Position numbers and translations under genes: made by a program. Under the pieces are notes generated by a model. That model did no database searches and was not told the origin of the DNA. It worked only from the letters and a program-made list of their open reading frames with translations. DNA of 63,511 bases, the filler included, from Basidiobolus ranarum (lineage: Eukaryota), in the NCBI GenBank assembly GCA_040143965.1. It is 26 parts of 26 records of this genome, joined end to end, with 100 filler letters (N's around TTAATTAATTAA, not from the genome) between each part and the next. Parts side by side here need not be neighbours in the genome. Positions count along the whole stretch, not along the records: positions 1 to 2,356 come from JASJQH010003432.1; positions 2,457 to 4,812 come from JASJQH010003433.1; positions 4,913 to 7,267 come from JASJQH010003434.1; positions 7,368 to 9,721 come from JASJQH010003435.1; positions 9,822 to 12,174 come from JASJQH010003436.1; positions 12,275 to 14,627 come from JASJQH010003437.1; 20 more parts are not named here. One strand, given 5' to 3'. This document shows positions 1 to 12,882 of the stretch, one piece after another; positions within the stretch are counted from its first letter, which is position 1; each line of letters starts with the position of its first letter.

Positions 1-276
1 GCCACTGTGGTTGTCACTTACTTCATGATATTCATCATGATCACCTCCACCGCCGCTGCCTTCATGGCTTTCATAGTCATCTATATCATAGCTGCCAGTG
101 TTTCCACCGCCTGCACCAGTATGTTGATAGCCAGATCCAGAGCTACCAGAGTGATCATTATAGTCTTTAACATCGTGGCCACCACCAGTACTGTCAGCAT
201 AATCGCCGACATTATATGTAGGCAGAGCGGTTACAGTAGCAAGATACAACAAAGAAGCGACAAGAGTGACTTTCAT
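1..276 (-). CDS. Secreted Gly/His/Asp/Ser-rich protein, N-terminal part (truncated at window start)
   Basis: ATG at 276 opens a stop-free frame MKVTLVASLLYLATVTALPTYNVGDYADSTGGGHDVKDYNDHSGSSGSG...; hydrophobic signal peptide; TATAAAA ~65 nt upstream on the - strand. The + strand ORF 7..300 is its antisense shadow. Confidence 0.75.
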   Translation of the reverse strand, partial: MKVTLVASLLYLATVTALPTYNVGDYADSTGGGHDVKDYNDHSGSSGSGYQHTGAGGGNTGSYDIDDYESHEGSGGGGDHDEYHEVSDNHSG

Positions 277-1135
277 TTTAGTAGTTCGAAGTCGAGCTGA
301 ATAATTTAATAAATACCAAGTGCAAGGTATGGCGAGTTTTATAGTTGAAAATAGAATGATAGGAGATAGAATTAATTATTTACTCTTTCACTTACATGAT
401 TAAGCATACTTATTACTATGGTCCCTGATCTCCTGCAGTATCTCAGGGAAATTATTTTTAGTAACGGAGCATCTTATACCATTTGTAACTAAACTTTCCC
501 TTCTTGAAGCACGTTTATGCGTGATTTACCAATTTCCCCAACTAACATACATACGACTGGGATTTATCTAAAAGTGAATAAATTTGCACTGGACTTGCTT
601 ATATTCCTCCATTTCTGGTGAAAGTCATCTCGAATTTGATAGCATTCTAAAGACCATTTATAGCATATGTTTAACTGGAAACTTCGATTCCACATAATTG
701 GTTTGTCTCTTCTTCAACGGTCGGGAGTAAAGTGGAAATAACCAATACTTAGTGAATTGTATGGTTCCTTGTCTTGTTTAGCAGTATTTCTCTAGAAATG
801 GAAGCCAGGCAAAGTTCGAGAACGAAATTTTACATTAATTGGTCGAGTAATTCCATTAAGAACATGGACTAAGGGAACAAACCCTAAATTGGGAAGATCG
901 AGAACAAAAGTTAAAATGGATCAAGGCCCTAAGTGATCATGGACTTTGTACATTGGTTAAAAAGATATGGTAACTTTATGATTTTAACTGATTGGTTAGT
1001 TATGATGATTAGGGTGGATTGGTTGGAGTCGCTTTCGTCCGTTTACTAAAGTATCTTGCTAATGGTAGAGTGAACTGTGGAAGAAGTATATAAACTGTCG
1101 GTGTACATCATGGAGTTGCATTCAATTCTTCGACA

Positions 1136-1618
1136 ATGCAATTCTCTATTTTCCACCTGATTTTTACCTTGCTCGTGTTTACCAAGGTTGCTTTCTCCTT
1201 CGATGCTAACAAACTGCTACACTTAGTAAACCAAGAACGCCAAAAGGTCGGTGTTCCCGCTTTATCTATTGACTCAAGACTGACAGTAGCCGCCACAAGA
1301 CATAACCTCTACCAGGTTACCTTCCAAAGGATGACCCATGATGAACCTAATAGGTCATTGGGGCAAAGAATTAGTGAAACTGGATACGTGTGGAGTAATA
1401 TTGGTGAAAATGTTGCAGGAGGATTCGGTGATGAAGTATCAGTAATGAACGCTTGGATGAACTCACCCGGACATCGTAGTAATATCTTGAATCCAGTATT
1501 TACACATATCGGTATCGCATTTGATAGCCGTGGTAGCTACTGGACACAAGAATTTGGAAGGCCCATGGTGTCAAGAAAAAGATCCCCAAAATTTGCAAGA
1601 AGTAACAAACAACTTTAG
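1136..1618 (+). CDS. Secreted CAP/SCP (PR-1 superfamily) protein, bacterial-type CAP subfamily
   Basis: Signal peptide; motifs LVNQER, IGENVA, WMNSPGHRSNILNP, YWTQEFG; intronless; TATATAAA at 1087-1094. Confidence 0.9.
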   Translation: MQFSIFHLIFTLLVFTKVAFSFDANKLLHLVNQERQKVGVPALSIDSRLTVAATRHNLYQVTFQRMTHDEPNRSLGQRISETGYVWSNIGENVAGGFGDEVSVMNAWMNSPGHRSNILNPVFTHIGIAFDSRGSYWTQEFGRPMVSRKRSPKFARSNKQL

Positions 1619-2356
1619 AATAGAGAACATAGAATATTCATACCTAGTACCAAATGCTCAATACCCAAGGTATAATGCCTAAATACCCGACAAATTAGAT
1701 TAATAAATGTATGTGATAAATTTCATTTTCTGTATATATTGACTTCATAATTGATGAGAAATGTGAAATATGGCATCGTTTTAGTATTACTACTTCTCTG
1801 TTTAAATCGCGTATTAATATCTCACACTAAAGTAGGGGAGATCAATTAAAGCAGTAACGTACATGGAATTCAATTATACTAGTGTAGAGTAGCCATTGAT
1901 TTGAACTACATGAGTTCCTAATTTCGGGACTTGATTCACTGATAAATTGACTGATTAACTTTATTTCGATTGTGCTATTTTTATAGGGTTGATCAGGGGA
2001 AAATCGAGTGGCATTCCTGCCGAATTTGGGAGAGTGATGATTTCGAAATATGTATATAGCAATGACGACTCGTTTCCGATGTCTTGTAACTTTTTTCTCC
2101 GCTGTCGGTTCGTTTCAAAATTTACACCTAAGACAGAATAATAGTAAGGAATTATTAATGATTCGTCCAGTATTTCTGGAGATATGTGCATTTCTTGGAT
2201 TATTTTGGTGATTGCAAGACGAGTAGGAAAGGTGTGAACGTGAAACTTTGTGAAGGTTGAGGTTTGCTTATGCGCTATATGTGTGCAAAATATTGGATTG
2301 ATTGAGGCAGTTTACTGTCTCTGAAATTACCATTGCTTTTTGTTTGATAATCCAAT

Positions 2357-2456
2357 NNNNNNNNNNNNNNNNNNNNNNNNNNNNNNNNNNNNNNNNNNNN
2401 TTAATTAATTAANNNNNNNNNNNNNNNNNNNNNNNNNNNNNNNNNNNNNNNNNNNN
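2357..2456. other. Artificial contig-joining linker N44-TTAATTAATTAA-N44 (first of 25)
   Basis: Identical 100-nt spacer also starts at 4813, 7268, 9722, 12175, 14628, 17079, 19530, 21981, 24431, 26881, 29330, 31778, 34225, 36670, 39113, 41556, 43999, 46441, 48882, 51322, 53762, 56201, 58639 and 61076; contig lengths fall steadily from 2356 to 2336. Confidence 0.99.
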
Positions 2457-3190
2457 CCAAGGTGATTTTTGTTAGCTTAACTAGAGATATTCAATAGTAT
2501 TTATTTTAATCCATTTTGATACTTTGATAATAGATACGAAAGTTGTATACAGAAGGTAACGGTTATCTGTTCCCGGGGAATTACTCCACATCAAAGCAAT
2601 CACCAAGTACTAACGAAAATATTTCCATTTACCAACACATTGAATTTTCTGTCGACTTCAAATAGATATGCTAGTTTGTTCTTTATTGCTGGAATAGATC
2701 AAGATGACAATGAACTTATCACACTTGAGATCATCCATCGTTACGTAGAAATTCTCGACAAATATTTTGGCAACGTGAGTCTTTTCCCCGTTTCCTCGGA
2801 TATTCTTACTCTTCACTTATACATTAATTGTAATGAATTTTATTTAGGTGTGCGAATTAGACTTGATTTTCAACTTTAACAAAGTATGACATTACTATAT
2901 AATTTACTTCAAAGTAGGGAACACTTACACCTCTCTCCAAATAGGCTTACTTTATCCTTGATGAGTTACTTATTGTCGGAGAACTACAAGAATCCAGCAA
3001 AAAATCAGTTTTGCGAATTATCGGTCAACAAGATTCCATTGAGGATGCCGAGAATGAGAAACTTGAAAAGAAATGGAGTGATCTTAAGTACGTATCGAAG
3101 AGATTAATTTATAGATATATACATACATATTCCGTAACTAACAATGGTTCAAATTTTAGGAACGAATTCATCGAAAGTTTTACTTCTTAA
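2457..3190 (+). CDS. APS1: AP-1 adaptor complex sigma subunit, 3' portion, multi-exon
   Basis: Exons 2457-2461, 2534-2555, 2666-2774, 2848-2883, 2945-3087, 3160-3190 with GT-AG introns splice to [76 protein letters not shown], the clathrin adaptor small-chain signature. Confidence 0.92.
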
Positions 3191-3490
3191 TTCCATTTAC
3201 TTCCTAAATCTACTCCCGAAAAGTAATCTTTCTTTTTATAAAAATCAATTATTAAATGATATCATTCTATATGGAACAGATAGTGTTACTTTACTGATGG
3301 TGTTAGCAAAACCCCTCGAAATATGCGAATGAATGTATAGTTGAGTTGACTGACGTGAATACAAATACATGCAGATATATACAAGCAATTTATTTTTCTT
3401 TTTAGAAACTTGATTGTCAAATTTAGGAAATACTAGGAATAATGCATACAAGTATATGAGTGCGAGGGGGAAGGAGAGAGAGAGGGAGTG

Positions 3491-4797
3491 CTAAACAGTC
3501 AAATGGTCAAACTTCCTGATGGCAAGGCTTCGGTCCCTCGTCAATTTACGGTATTTCTGGGCGAATTTGTTACGTTCTCCAATGGACCCCATTTGATGAT
3601 GAATTCTTGATTGTAAATAGACACATTCCAAAGTTTCTTCAATGCATTCCAACCTTTCGAAACCTACATTGGCCTTTTGAAGGAATTTGATGATAGCCTT
3701 CAATTGGTGCTTATCTTCTTTACCCTCTTTTAACATGCTGGATTAGTCTCAGGTTAGATGATCAATCAAGACAGACTCAGGTACCTTTTTCTAGGGTCAA
3801 GAACTGAGCATATAGTCCTTTGGCATAAGCCAGATGTGTGATGGATTGCAAATGTAGAGAGCCAGTGCTCAAAACCTAGCGAGTGATATAAGCATCATTT
3901 CCCATAAAAGTAAGTCAGAAAGAGCGCGTTACCTGTGACATGATATCATCTATAATCTCCACTGCATTGTTTGCCAATCCTAAGCACAAGAACACCTCTG
4001 CTAGACGTATTTTAGTCATGTAGAAGTCTTCCATAACATGGAACTTCTCACTCAATGTCAGACATGTGAGAATCAACGGAAGTGCCGGTATTGGATTTCC
4101 CGATTTCTGAAGAAAGATAAGATCGACGTGATTAGAATTGGGCTACTTTACAAGGCGATTCACATCAAAGAAGGAATATTATGGTACCAAGTGGAACTCC
4201 GCGAACTTAAGCAGATACTGGGTTTGGTTTTGGTGAGTGATAGTACCATTGCCATCTTCCTTACACTTGTCTATCATCTTGTATAGTTTGTCTACAGCAT
4301 TGACAACGTCTCCACACTGTAAGCCATTTAGTACTTCTCTATATTCAGCATCCGAGCCCATAGGGGTATTTTCATCCATGACGGTTCTCAACCATCTTGT
4401 GATACCGCTTGCCACCACTCGCTCTTCTCTATTGAATGGATTCAAGCATTAGATGGAGGAGTGACGCACTCTTCAGAAAAACACAGCTACCTGAAATATG
4501 CACGCTGGTGTAGGATTTGTCCCAGGCATTGTGCCCACGGATAAAGTGCCCCATGTTCATGGCCAAATTGCTCTTTTACCAAATCCAAGATATCTATAGC
4601 TCGATCATACTGTCCCTGCAATGCATGCTAATGTAGGAGATGATGAATGTTACGTTCCGCTTATTGATTTGATACTTCCCAAGCTCTTACCTGATAAGCA
4701 AGCTTACAGTGGCCTATAGCAGCATCATCAGCCACAACATCCTTCTCATGGTATACGATCTGCAATTGAGTGTAAAGGGAGGACAATGCCGTGCTAC
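3491..4797 (-). CDS. APC5: Anaphase-promoting complex subunit 5, C-terminal TPR-like region, multi-exon, 5' truncated
   Basis: Exon peptides STALSSLYTQLQ...AIGHCKLAYQ, HALQGQYDRAIDILDLVKEQF...WAQCLGQILHQRA and FERLECIEETLECVYLQSRIHHQMGSIGERNKFAQKYRKL are collinear with the Apc5 C-terminus as I recall it. Confidence 0.75.
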
Positions 4798-5299
4798 CTG
4801 TGATATAAAAAANNNNNNNNNNNNNNNNNNNNNNNNNNNNNNNNNNNNNNNNNNNNTTAATTAATTAANNNNNNNNNNNNNNNNNNNNNNNNNNNNNNNN
4901 NNNNNNNNNNNNTTTTTTCCCATTTTATAGCAAGAGTAGAACATAGCTTTGGTTTCCAAAAGAGATATAGCATTGTAGCAGGAAAATATAGAGGAGAATC
5001 ATTTTGTGAGCCTCAATCAAAGTTAGGCAAAGTAGTCAAAGTCTTGATTAATTCTCAATACATTCATACTCAAAGATATCCATTGATAGCTCTAGACTTA
5101 AGACACTATGAATAAAGCTTTCATCATCTTTTGAATGTGCAATAATGTCTAAAAGTACTTTTCTTAAACATACCACATAAGTAAAATAAACTTTTCCAAA
5201 ATGGTAAATAACATTGTGCCAGATAATGCCAATAGTGCCCAATCATGCCAACTTGTGCTGGCACACTTTTTAGCTGGCCTGATCTGGCTCAATAAAATG

Positions 5300-7125
5300 G
5301 AACAAGTCTACTCCAGCAATACTGATAATTTGGAATCAGCATCTGGAAATCAGCATACTATCTCTGCCAATGAAAAATATGGTAATCAGAAAAAGGATAC
5401 TTTTCCAACCAATCAGGAATCAAGAAAATGGGCTCAGAAATAAGGCAATTATTTTTGGGCTAATCACATGCCTAAGAAATATTCTACTCTTAATTTGGCT
5501 GATATTGGATTCAATCAATTATTGGAAGTATGCAATCAATCACAACAAGTATTCAAGCAATCACAAAATTCAGGCAATCACGTTTCACAAATCCTACCAA
5601 GTAGAAATCAGAAACATCCTGTAAGTGAAACATCTGACCATTCTACCAAGGACTTTAGATGTCTCAAATCAGAGCATAAAATCAACAGTTTCAATTCCAA
5701 AAAAGGTGGAATATATATGCACATATGGCATTTTCTGAACCAGAAAATTTGACACAAGCGCTGAAATCTGATGAAGTGACATAATGGGAAAAGCCACTGA
5801 TGAGGAAATTCACTCCCTAATCAACAATAACAAATGGATCCTTGTGGACTTACCTACAGCAAGAAAAACTATTGGTAATAGATGGGTGCTGAAACTGAAA
5901 CTTAACTTGGATGGGTCTATCTACCAGTACAAAGCAAGTTTAGCAGTAAAAGTATATGCTCACAAACATGGCATTGACTATGACAAAACATTTTCTCCCA
6001 TTGTTAAATTTACCTCAATCAGAGTAATCCTAGCCATTGCTACTCACAAAGGAATCCTGATTGAACAAATGGATGCCAAGACAGCATTTTTAATGGAGAA
6101 GTTGATGCAGATATATACAATGATCAACCAGAGAGATATATTGCAAAAGGAAAAGAACTTCTAGTATACAAGCTATAGAGAAGTCTATATTGTCTAAAAC
6201 AGGCTCCTTGCACATGGAATACCAAAATCAATCAGATCTTCATGAAACATCTTTTCCATTGTAGCAAAGCTGATCACTGCATAAACTTCAATACTATCAA
6301 AGCCACCAAAGTAGTAATTGCTCCCAATGTTGATGATATCATAAAGGTCAGTAGTTGCCCAAATCTGATGAACCAAACTAAGACCTGGCAATCTACCAAG
6401 TTTGAAATGCAAGATCTTGAATCACTAGCATATTGTCTTGGAATGCAGATACATCAAAATTCCACTACTGGAACACTCTGTATTACACAAGAAAAATATA
6501 TTGGAGATATTTTAAACAGATTCAATATGTGAGAATGTAAAACAGCTTCAAATCCACTATATAAGCTGAAACTCACTGAGGATATGGAACCAAAGAACTC
6601 TGAAGATATTGAAGTCATGAAACATATTCCTTACCATAGTGCAGTTGGAAGTCTCATATATGGAACAACTGGTACTAGGCCTGATATTGCTGCCACAGTA
6701 AGCATAGTAAGCAAATATATGGAAAATCCTGCAATGGAACATTGGATAGCTATGAAACAGAAAATACACTATCTGAAAGGAACAATACATCATGTAATTC
6801 AATTTAGTAAGCTGTACAACATGTCAATTAATTTGGAAGGATGTGCTGATGCAGACTAGGCTAACAATACAGAGACCATAATTCCAGAACTGGATATGTG
6901 TTTAAGCTAGCAGGTGGGCCAATAAGCTGGATTAGCAAGAAACAACATACAGTTGCATTATCAACTACAGAAGCAGAAAATATGGCAAGTTCTATGGCTG
7001 TTCAGGAAGCAATATGGCTATGGAGTCTTCGCAAGGAACTAGGATTTGATCAAGTTAATTCTACCCCTATATATCAAGATAATATTAGTTGTATTCAGAT
7101 CACCAAGAATCCTGAGCATCACTCA
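5300..7125 (+). mobile_element. Degenerate Ty1/Copia pol (RT and RNase H)
   Basis: [65 protein letters not shown]; frameshifts and stops; left boundary approximate. Confidence 0.9.
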
Positions 7126-7267
7126 CCCTAACAAAAATAAAATCAATTTGATCCGGATTGGATCCACCCTCTGAAATAGCAAAACCATCAGAGAACTGTC
7201 ACAATATTGCTGGCTTGCTTTCTGCCAGGGATCTTGAGGGGGTGACTGTGGTGTCTGGAGGGTATCT
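7126..7267 (-). mobile_element. CACTA/CMC transposon terminus (transposase-downstream end) inserted into Copia RNase H
   Basis: Starts CCCTAACAAAAAT followed by the same subterminal sequence seen at 17639, 52377 (rc), 53378 and 62161 (rc). Confidence 0.75.
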
Positions 7268-7367
7268 NNNNNNNNNNNNNNNNNNNNNNNNNNNNNNNNN
7301 NNNNNNNNNNNTTAATTAATTAANNNNNNNNNNNNNNNNNNNNNNNNNNNNNNNNNNNNNNNNNNNN

Positions 7368-7929
7368 GTTAAGAGGATTTTCAGATATTTGAAAGGTACT
7401 GTGGATCTGTGCTTAAAATACACATATTCTGGATCAAACTTTGATCTGATGGGATATTCAGATGCAAATTGGGGAAGAGATATTGGAGACAGGAGATCTA
7501 TAACATGATACTTATTTCTTTGCTGTAATAGAGCTATTCCTTGGAATTCAACAAAACAATCTGTTGTAGTACTTTCAACAACAGAAGCAGAATACATGAC
7601 TGCCTGTGACGCAACAAAAGAAGCAATATGGTTGACAGAAACCTTAACAGATTTAGCTTATTCTCAAAACTCACCAACTGCAATATTTCAAGATAATTAA
7701 AGTTGTATCAAATTGGAAAAAATCCCATGATTCATAATAGAAGCAAACATACAAATATTAAGCATTACCTGATGGGAGAGACTATAGAGAATAAGGTTAT
7801 TAACTTAACTTATTGTTCTACTGAAGACATGATTGCTGATATATTAACCAAACCACTAGCTAGACAGAAATTTGAGAAATTTAGACCTTTATTAGGATTT
7901 GTTTATGGGAATATTTAGTTGAGGGAGAG
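7368..7929 (+). mobile_element. Ty1/Copia family A RNase H end and polypurine tract
   Basis: [45 protein letters not shown] at 7921-7929 directly before the LTR. Confidence 0.9.
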
Positions 7930-8278
7930 TGTAGAAGTTAGCATTGCCTAAGTACCTATATATTCATATATAGCATAGTACTTATTTATCTTATATTTCA
8001 CTAAGATACTATCAATTATTCTCAATTGGAATTTACTTGGAATATTTTTACCAACTTAGAAGTTCTCAGACATAGATACTTTTTCAAACTTGTGCTGGAA
8101 GCTCTGTACTCTTCACACATGCTCTTGGGACCTTCCTTAACACACTATACATGTTAGTTTGTTTACATCCTGACAAAACTATAAATGTCAACTTTCTACT
8201 CAATTAATTGACAAGTGATAACCACCACTTCCTCTAATTCTCCAAACCACTTCCAACAGGCTCCCAAATACTTTAACA
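7930..8278 (+). repeat. Copia family A 3' LTR (~349 bp, TG...CA)
   Basis: Follows the PPT; homologous to 12883-13230, 22833-23180, 24156-24430 and 37846-38030. Confidence 0.85.
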
Positions 8279-9606
8279 CACACCACCTATTGCTTTCTCA
8301 TCCCCCCTAAATTTAACAAACACCTCAATGGATAGAGATATTGCATAAATAAATGTGAATCTATACTATACTATTTCAGGTTGTGAATTAAATAACAGGG
8401 GAATTCCTTAGAAATGATATGAATTAAACAGGCACCTAATCAATTAGATTTAATAAATAAGCGCGAGCTATTTTCAACAACATCGAGCAATATATGTGCT
8501 ACTTGCTATTATATCGAAATGACTAATCAAGATAGATATATGGGCCAGAGTTGCAAGTAAACAGGAATCAACATTTGAGGCATTCAGGGCTGATAATTGT
8601 TGTCTAAACCCTTAGATCCGATTAACAATGATGCAGAAAAAATAAGCATCATTAATCACTTTGAAAATGATTTGTTTAAACTAGAGCCAGTAGTAGAATA
8701 TTCTTTTGTGGGTATTGACGCTGATTAGATTTATAGCTCAATTATAAAAGGTATAATACGCAAGTCCGAAGTAATAATTAGCAATACTTTATTGATTTTA
8801 TTGAACCAAGACTTTACTGTATGCGGTTATGCCAAGATGTTACACTGCATAAGGCCATCTAGATTTCCTGTTGAGATTCCAACTTTGCTGAACTCTTCTG
8901 TTCACTTCTTTTTCTTTTGTTATTTTATTTTTATGTTATATAACCTTTTCAATTAACTTCGAACAGCACTGCTCAAGTCATAGTTTGTGTTTGGAAGTTG
9001 ACTTCTCCACGTGAAAGCAGCACTCATTGATGTAATGTATATTGATAATGAGTGAGTAATATATATTGATGATGAGTCAGTAATGTAAAGAACATTGTTA
9101 ACGATCATGAGCAACTAGAAAAGTTGATAATGGCATAGGTTGTTGGTGTCAAACAATATTAGGATAACAATGTAAATCAATATATACATATTGGTAACGT
9201 ATGGCTGGTTGGGGGGTTTTCAAATTGCTCGGGATTTACTATTTGCCATGTTATTATTTCGCATACACTGTATGGATTGCTGTGCTCTCTCAAAACAATG
9301 TTGTGTCTGGGTAGAATATCAGAGATAGTGTAAATCAATGAAACCTCTATTACCTTTGCATGTCCTGATGCAGATACGCGCTCCACAATGAAGACCAAAT
9401 GAGAGTATAGTGTAGCTAGACCAAATCTATACACTAGCAAGCTCAGATCTTGTTAGAATTCCACTGATTTTATTAGTGTACTAAAAGTGAATATTTCGAT
9501 ATTTTATGAGCAAAAGTGGGGATAGTTACAGATATTAATGTTAGATTACTTATCAAAATCGCTTATAATATATATATAATAATAGCACAGATCAGTTTAG
9601 CCCAAA

Positions 9607-9713
9607 TTAGTACTCTGAAAGATTATTTTGCATGACTGCCTTTTGGATAGCATTACCAGTAGAGGCATTGCCTTGTTCCAACGGCATGAAAATAATCTTG
9701 GTACCGCTGTTCT
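9607..9713 (-). CDS. Probable last exon of a stomatin/band-7-like protein
   Basis: After a CAG acceptor the frame reads NSGTKIIFMPLEQGNASTGNAIQKAVMQNNLSEY*; TKIIFMP resembles the stomatin C-terminal motif. Short fragment only. Confidence 0.35.
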
Positions 9714-9821
9714 CTGTTCATNNNNNNNNNNNNNNNNNNNNNNNNNNNNNNNNNNNNNNNNNNNNTTAATTAATTAANNNNNNNNNNNNNNNNNNNNNNN
9801 NNNNNNNNNNNNNNNNNNNNN

Positions 9822-12174
9822 TATCCTGTTGTAGATCTCCTGTCTTCAATATCTCTTCCCCAATTTGCATCTGAATATCCCTTCAGATCAAAGTTTGATC
9901 CAAAATATGTGTATTTTAACACAGATCCACAGTACCTTTCAAATATATGAAAATCTGCTTAACTGCTATGATTTGATCAGATCCATAATTTTGAAGATTT
10001 TGGCACAAAACTCTCACAGAATATGCAATATCTGGCCATGTTCCAGCCATGATATATATCAAACTACCAACCATAGATTGATAAGAAAATTTCAAGCTTT
10101 CTTTTGAATACAAAAACATCTGATCTGAGCCCTTTTTGGTCAAGTTAAGATTTGTCTCCATTGGGATAGACACTGGATCACATTCCTCCATTTTAAATTT
10201 CTTTAGCATATCTAGGATATACTTAGATTGGTTTAAATTTACTGTTTTGGTAGTTCTATCTATCTTAATTTGGATTCCAAGATAGTATGTCAGTTCACCA
10301 AGATCAGTCATTTTGAATAAACAGATAAACTGGATTTGGTCTTCTCCAAAGTCCTCAAGTCATTGGTTGCTATAACTAGGTCATCTACATATAAGGCTAA
10401 TAAAATGGGGGTTGTCTTATCTGGCCTGAAGTAGATATTATAGGCAGCATTACTCTTTTGGAATTTGAGTGTTTCCATAAAAGCATCTATCTTGCTATTC
10501 CAAGCTCTTAGAGATTGTTTTAAGCTATAGAGTGTTTTCCAGAGTCTGCAAACTTTTTTAGGGTTTTCTAGGTCCACATATCCATCTGGCTGGTCCATAT
10601 AGATCTCCTCAGCAAGCCCACCATTCAAAAAAGCAGTTTTAACATCCATTTGATGTATGATAAACTGATACTTACTGAAGTTGCTAAAATCAATCTAATG
10701 AATTAAACTTTGCTAAAGGAGCAGAAGTTTCTGTATAATCTTTTCCTGGTGTTTGGGAATAGCCTTTGGCTACTGGTCTAGCCTTGTACCTTTCTATATT
10801 ACCATCAGAGTTTTATTTAACTTTAAACACTCATTGGCAGCCAATTGATTTTCTATCATCAGGTAAATTGGTTAAAATCCAAGTTTGGTTACCAATCAAA
10901 GCCTGGTGCTCATCAGCCATTGCAGATCTCCAAAGTTTTGTGTGATGGCCATTCAGGGCCTCTTTTACAGTCTGGGGCTCATGTATTTGAGCTGTGCAGG
11001 CATAGGCCCAAATTTGGGACTCATTGATATAGTAATCAGGGTTATTTCTGATCCAATTCAATGTCCTGGTTGATGATAAAGGTATTACAACTTCTGGCAT
11101 TATTATGGGCACTTCAGTAGGCCAAAATATAGTGGGAGGGCCCACAGGAATGCTATTTTCTTCATTATTTTTGTTTGAATAAATTTGAATGATTGGATCG
11201 GGACAAAATTGATTTTTTCATCATCTGAGGTCATTTTGGGTGAAACTTTTTCATTTTCATTGAACAACACATCCCAGGACTTGATTAACTTGGAAATTTT
11301 GGTATCATAGAGTTTGTACATCTTAGTTTGAATGCAATAACCCAGAAATATGCATTTCTTACTTTTTGGATCAAATTTAGACCAATTTTTGGTCATAATT
11401 TTGACTTAAGCAACACAGCCAAAGATCCTCAAATGTTTTACATCAGGTTTAACTTCAAACCATGCTTGATATGGTGTAGAGTTAGACAGATCTATAGTAA
11501 AACTCCTATTCTTCAGGTATACAGATGTAGCAGCAGATTCTGCCCAAAAGTTAGGAGATAAATTTTGTCCATTTATCATAGATCTTGCCATTTCTTTTAT
11601 AGTCCTGTTAGCCCTTTCAGCAACTCCATTTGTTGACATGAATAAGGTGCAGTAGTTTCTTGCTTAATTCCATGAACTTTGCAAAAGTGCTTAAGTAAAA
11701 TTGAAGTATATTCTCCACCATTATCAGTACATGTTTTCTTGATTTTAGTCTAGCTTCAGTCTCCACAAGTGTTTTAAAATCTCTAAAGATAGAGAGTGCT
11801 TCTTTTTTCTTTTCATAAAGTAGGCCCAAGTGTATCTTGTGTAATCATTGATAAATGTGATTAAATATCTTTTTCCATCTAAAGATAGATATTGCATAGG
11901 CCATACAAGTCTGAATGAATTAGATCCAATTTTTTGACAGATTTGCTTAAGCCAGAGCTCATGAATGGTTGCCTGGCTTGTTTTCCATACATATAACCTT
12001 CACAAATTTCCATTTTGGCTGGAGAGTTAATTTGAATTCCAAAAATTAGGAAATTTTTGATCATTTTGCTCCAATCATCAAATGCAAAATGGCCACATCT
12101 CATATGCCATAATTGAATAGTTTCTTGATTGGAATAACTTATATTTACAAATAAATCTCTTAGTGTATATGTAA
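9822..12174 (-). mobile_element. Degenerate Ty1/Copia family A pol (GAG-pre-integrase, integrase, RT)
   Basis: [62 protein letters not shown] before RT is the Copia order; many disruptions. Confidence 0.95.
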
Positions 12175-12274
12175 NNNNNNNNNNNNNNNNNNNNNNNNNN
12201 NNNNNNNNNNNNNNNNNNTTAATTAATTAANNNNNNNNNNNNNNNNNNNNNNNNNNNNNNNNNNNNNNNNNNNN

Positions 12275-12404
12275 ATATATGTTCCAATTTTCAGCTAAGT
12301 GATATTTGACTAAGTAATATTAACTAACTTATATGTGATATATGAAATAGTTAGGTGTATAAAGATAGAGATAACAAATATGATAGAGGCAATAAACTTC
12401 AACA
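12275..12404 (-). repeat. Copia family B LTR start (partial), inserted in family A protease region
   Basis: Matches about 57710-57840 and ends ...AAACTTCAACA. Confidence 0.8.
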
Positions 12405-12882
12405 TAGTACATCTTCAAAAGTATACACTTACTTTTCAGAAGCTCAAATGAAATTGACCTGATTTGTTTCCATTCCAATGGTATCCAATGTGTGGTCATC
12501 TTGCATGAAAATCTTCTAATTAGGATTTCTTCATAATTCACAAACCAAATGTTTTCATTAGTGAAATGTTGGGAGGCTCCAGAATCAATATAACACATCT
12601 GAGAATCCTTGTTGGTAGTCATAAATAGAGCAGATATGAACAAGTGATCTTGTGTTGTACCCACATTTCCAGATTCAGTATGTTTTTCTTCTTTTGCAAT
12701 TTTTTTGAAGCAATCTTTGCTTAAATGGCCAGTTCTTTTACAATAATTATACCATGTGTTACTTTTCCTCTCAAAATACTTCTGCCTTTTATGGGAGGGT
12801 TTCCCATAGCCTATCAAAGCATTTTCTTTATTCTTTTGTTTGATCCTAATTTGCATAAATCTTCATCCAGGAGTCTGCCAAA
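12405..12882 (-). mobile_element. Copia family A gag zinc knuckle and protease fragment
   Basis: Knuckle remnant YNYCKRTGHLSKDC; protease motif YIDSGASQH. Confidence 0.85.

Noticed and set aside
7-300. Hydrophobic + strand ORF, and similar ORFs 16668-17057, 34342-34626, 39161-39592, 54035-54298, 56020-56256
   Set aside because: Antisense shadows of low-complexity coding sequence on the other strand.
1961-2191. 76-aa - strand ORF near the contig end
   Set aside because: Could be a terminal exon, but no recognisable motif or clear splice support.
9177-9440. 87-aa ORF (also 35311-35565 and 54716-54939)
   Set aside because: No motif, signal or repeat support; length compatible with chance.
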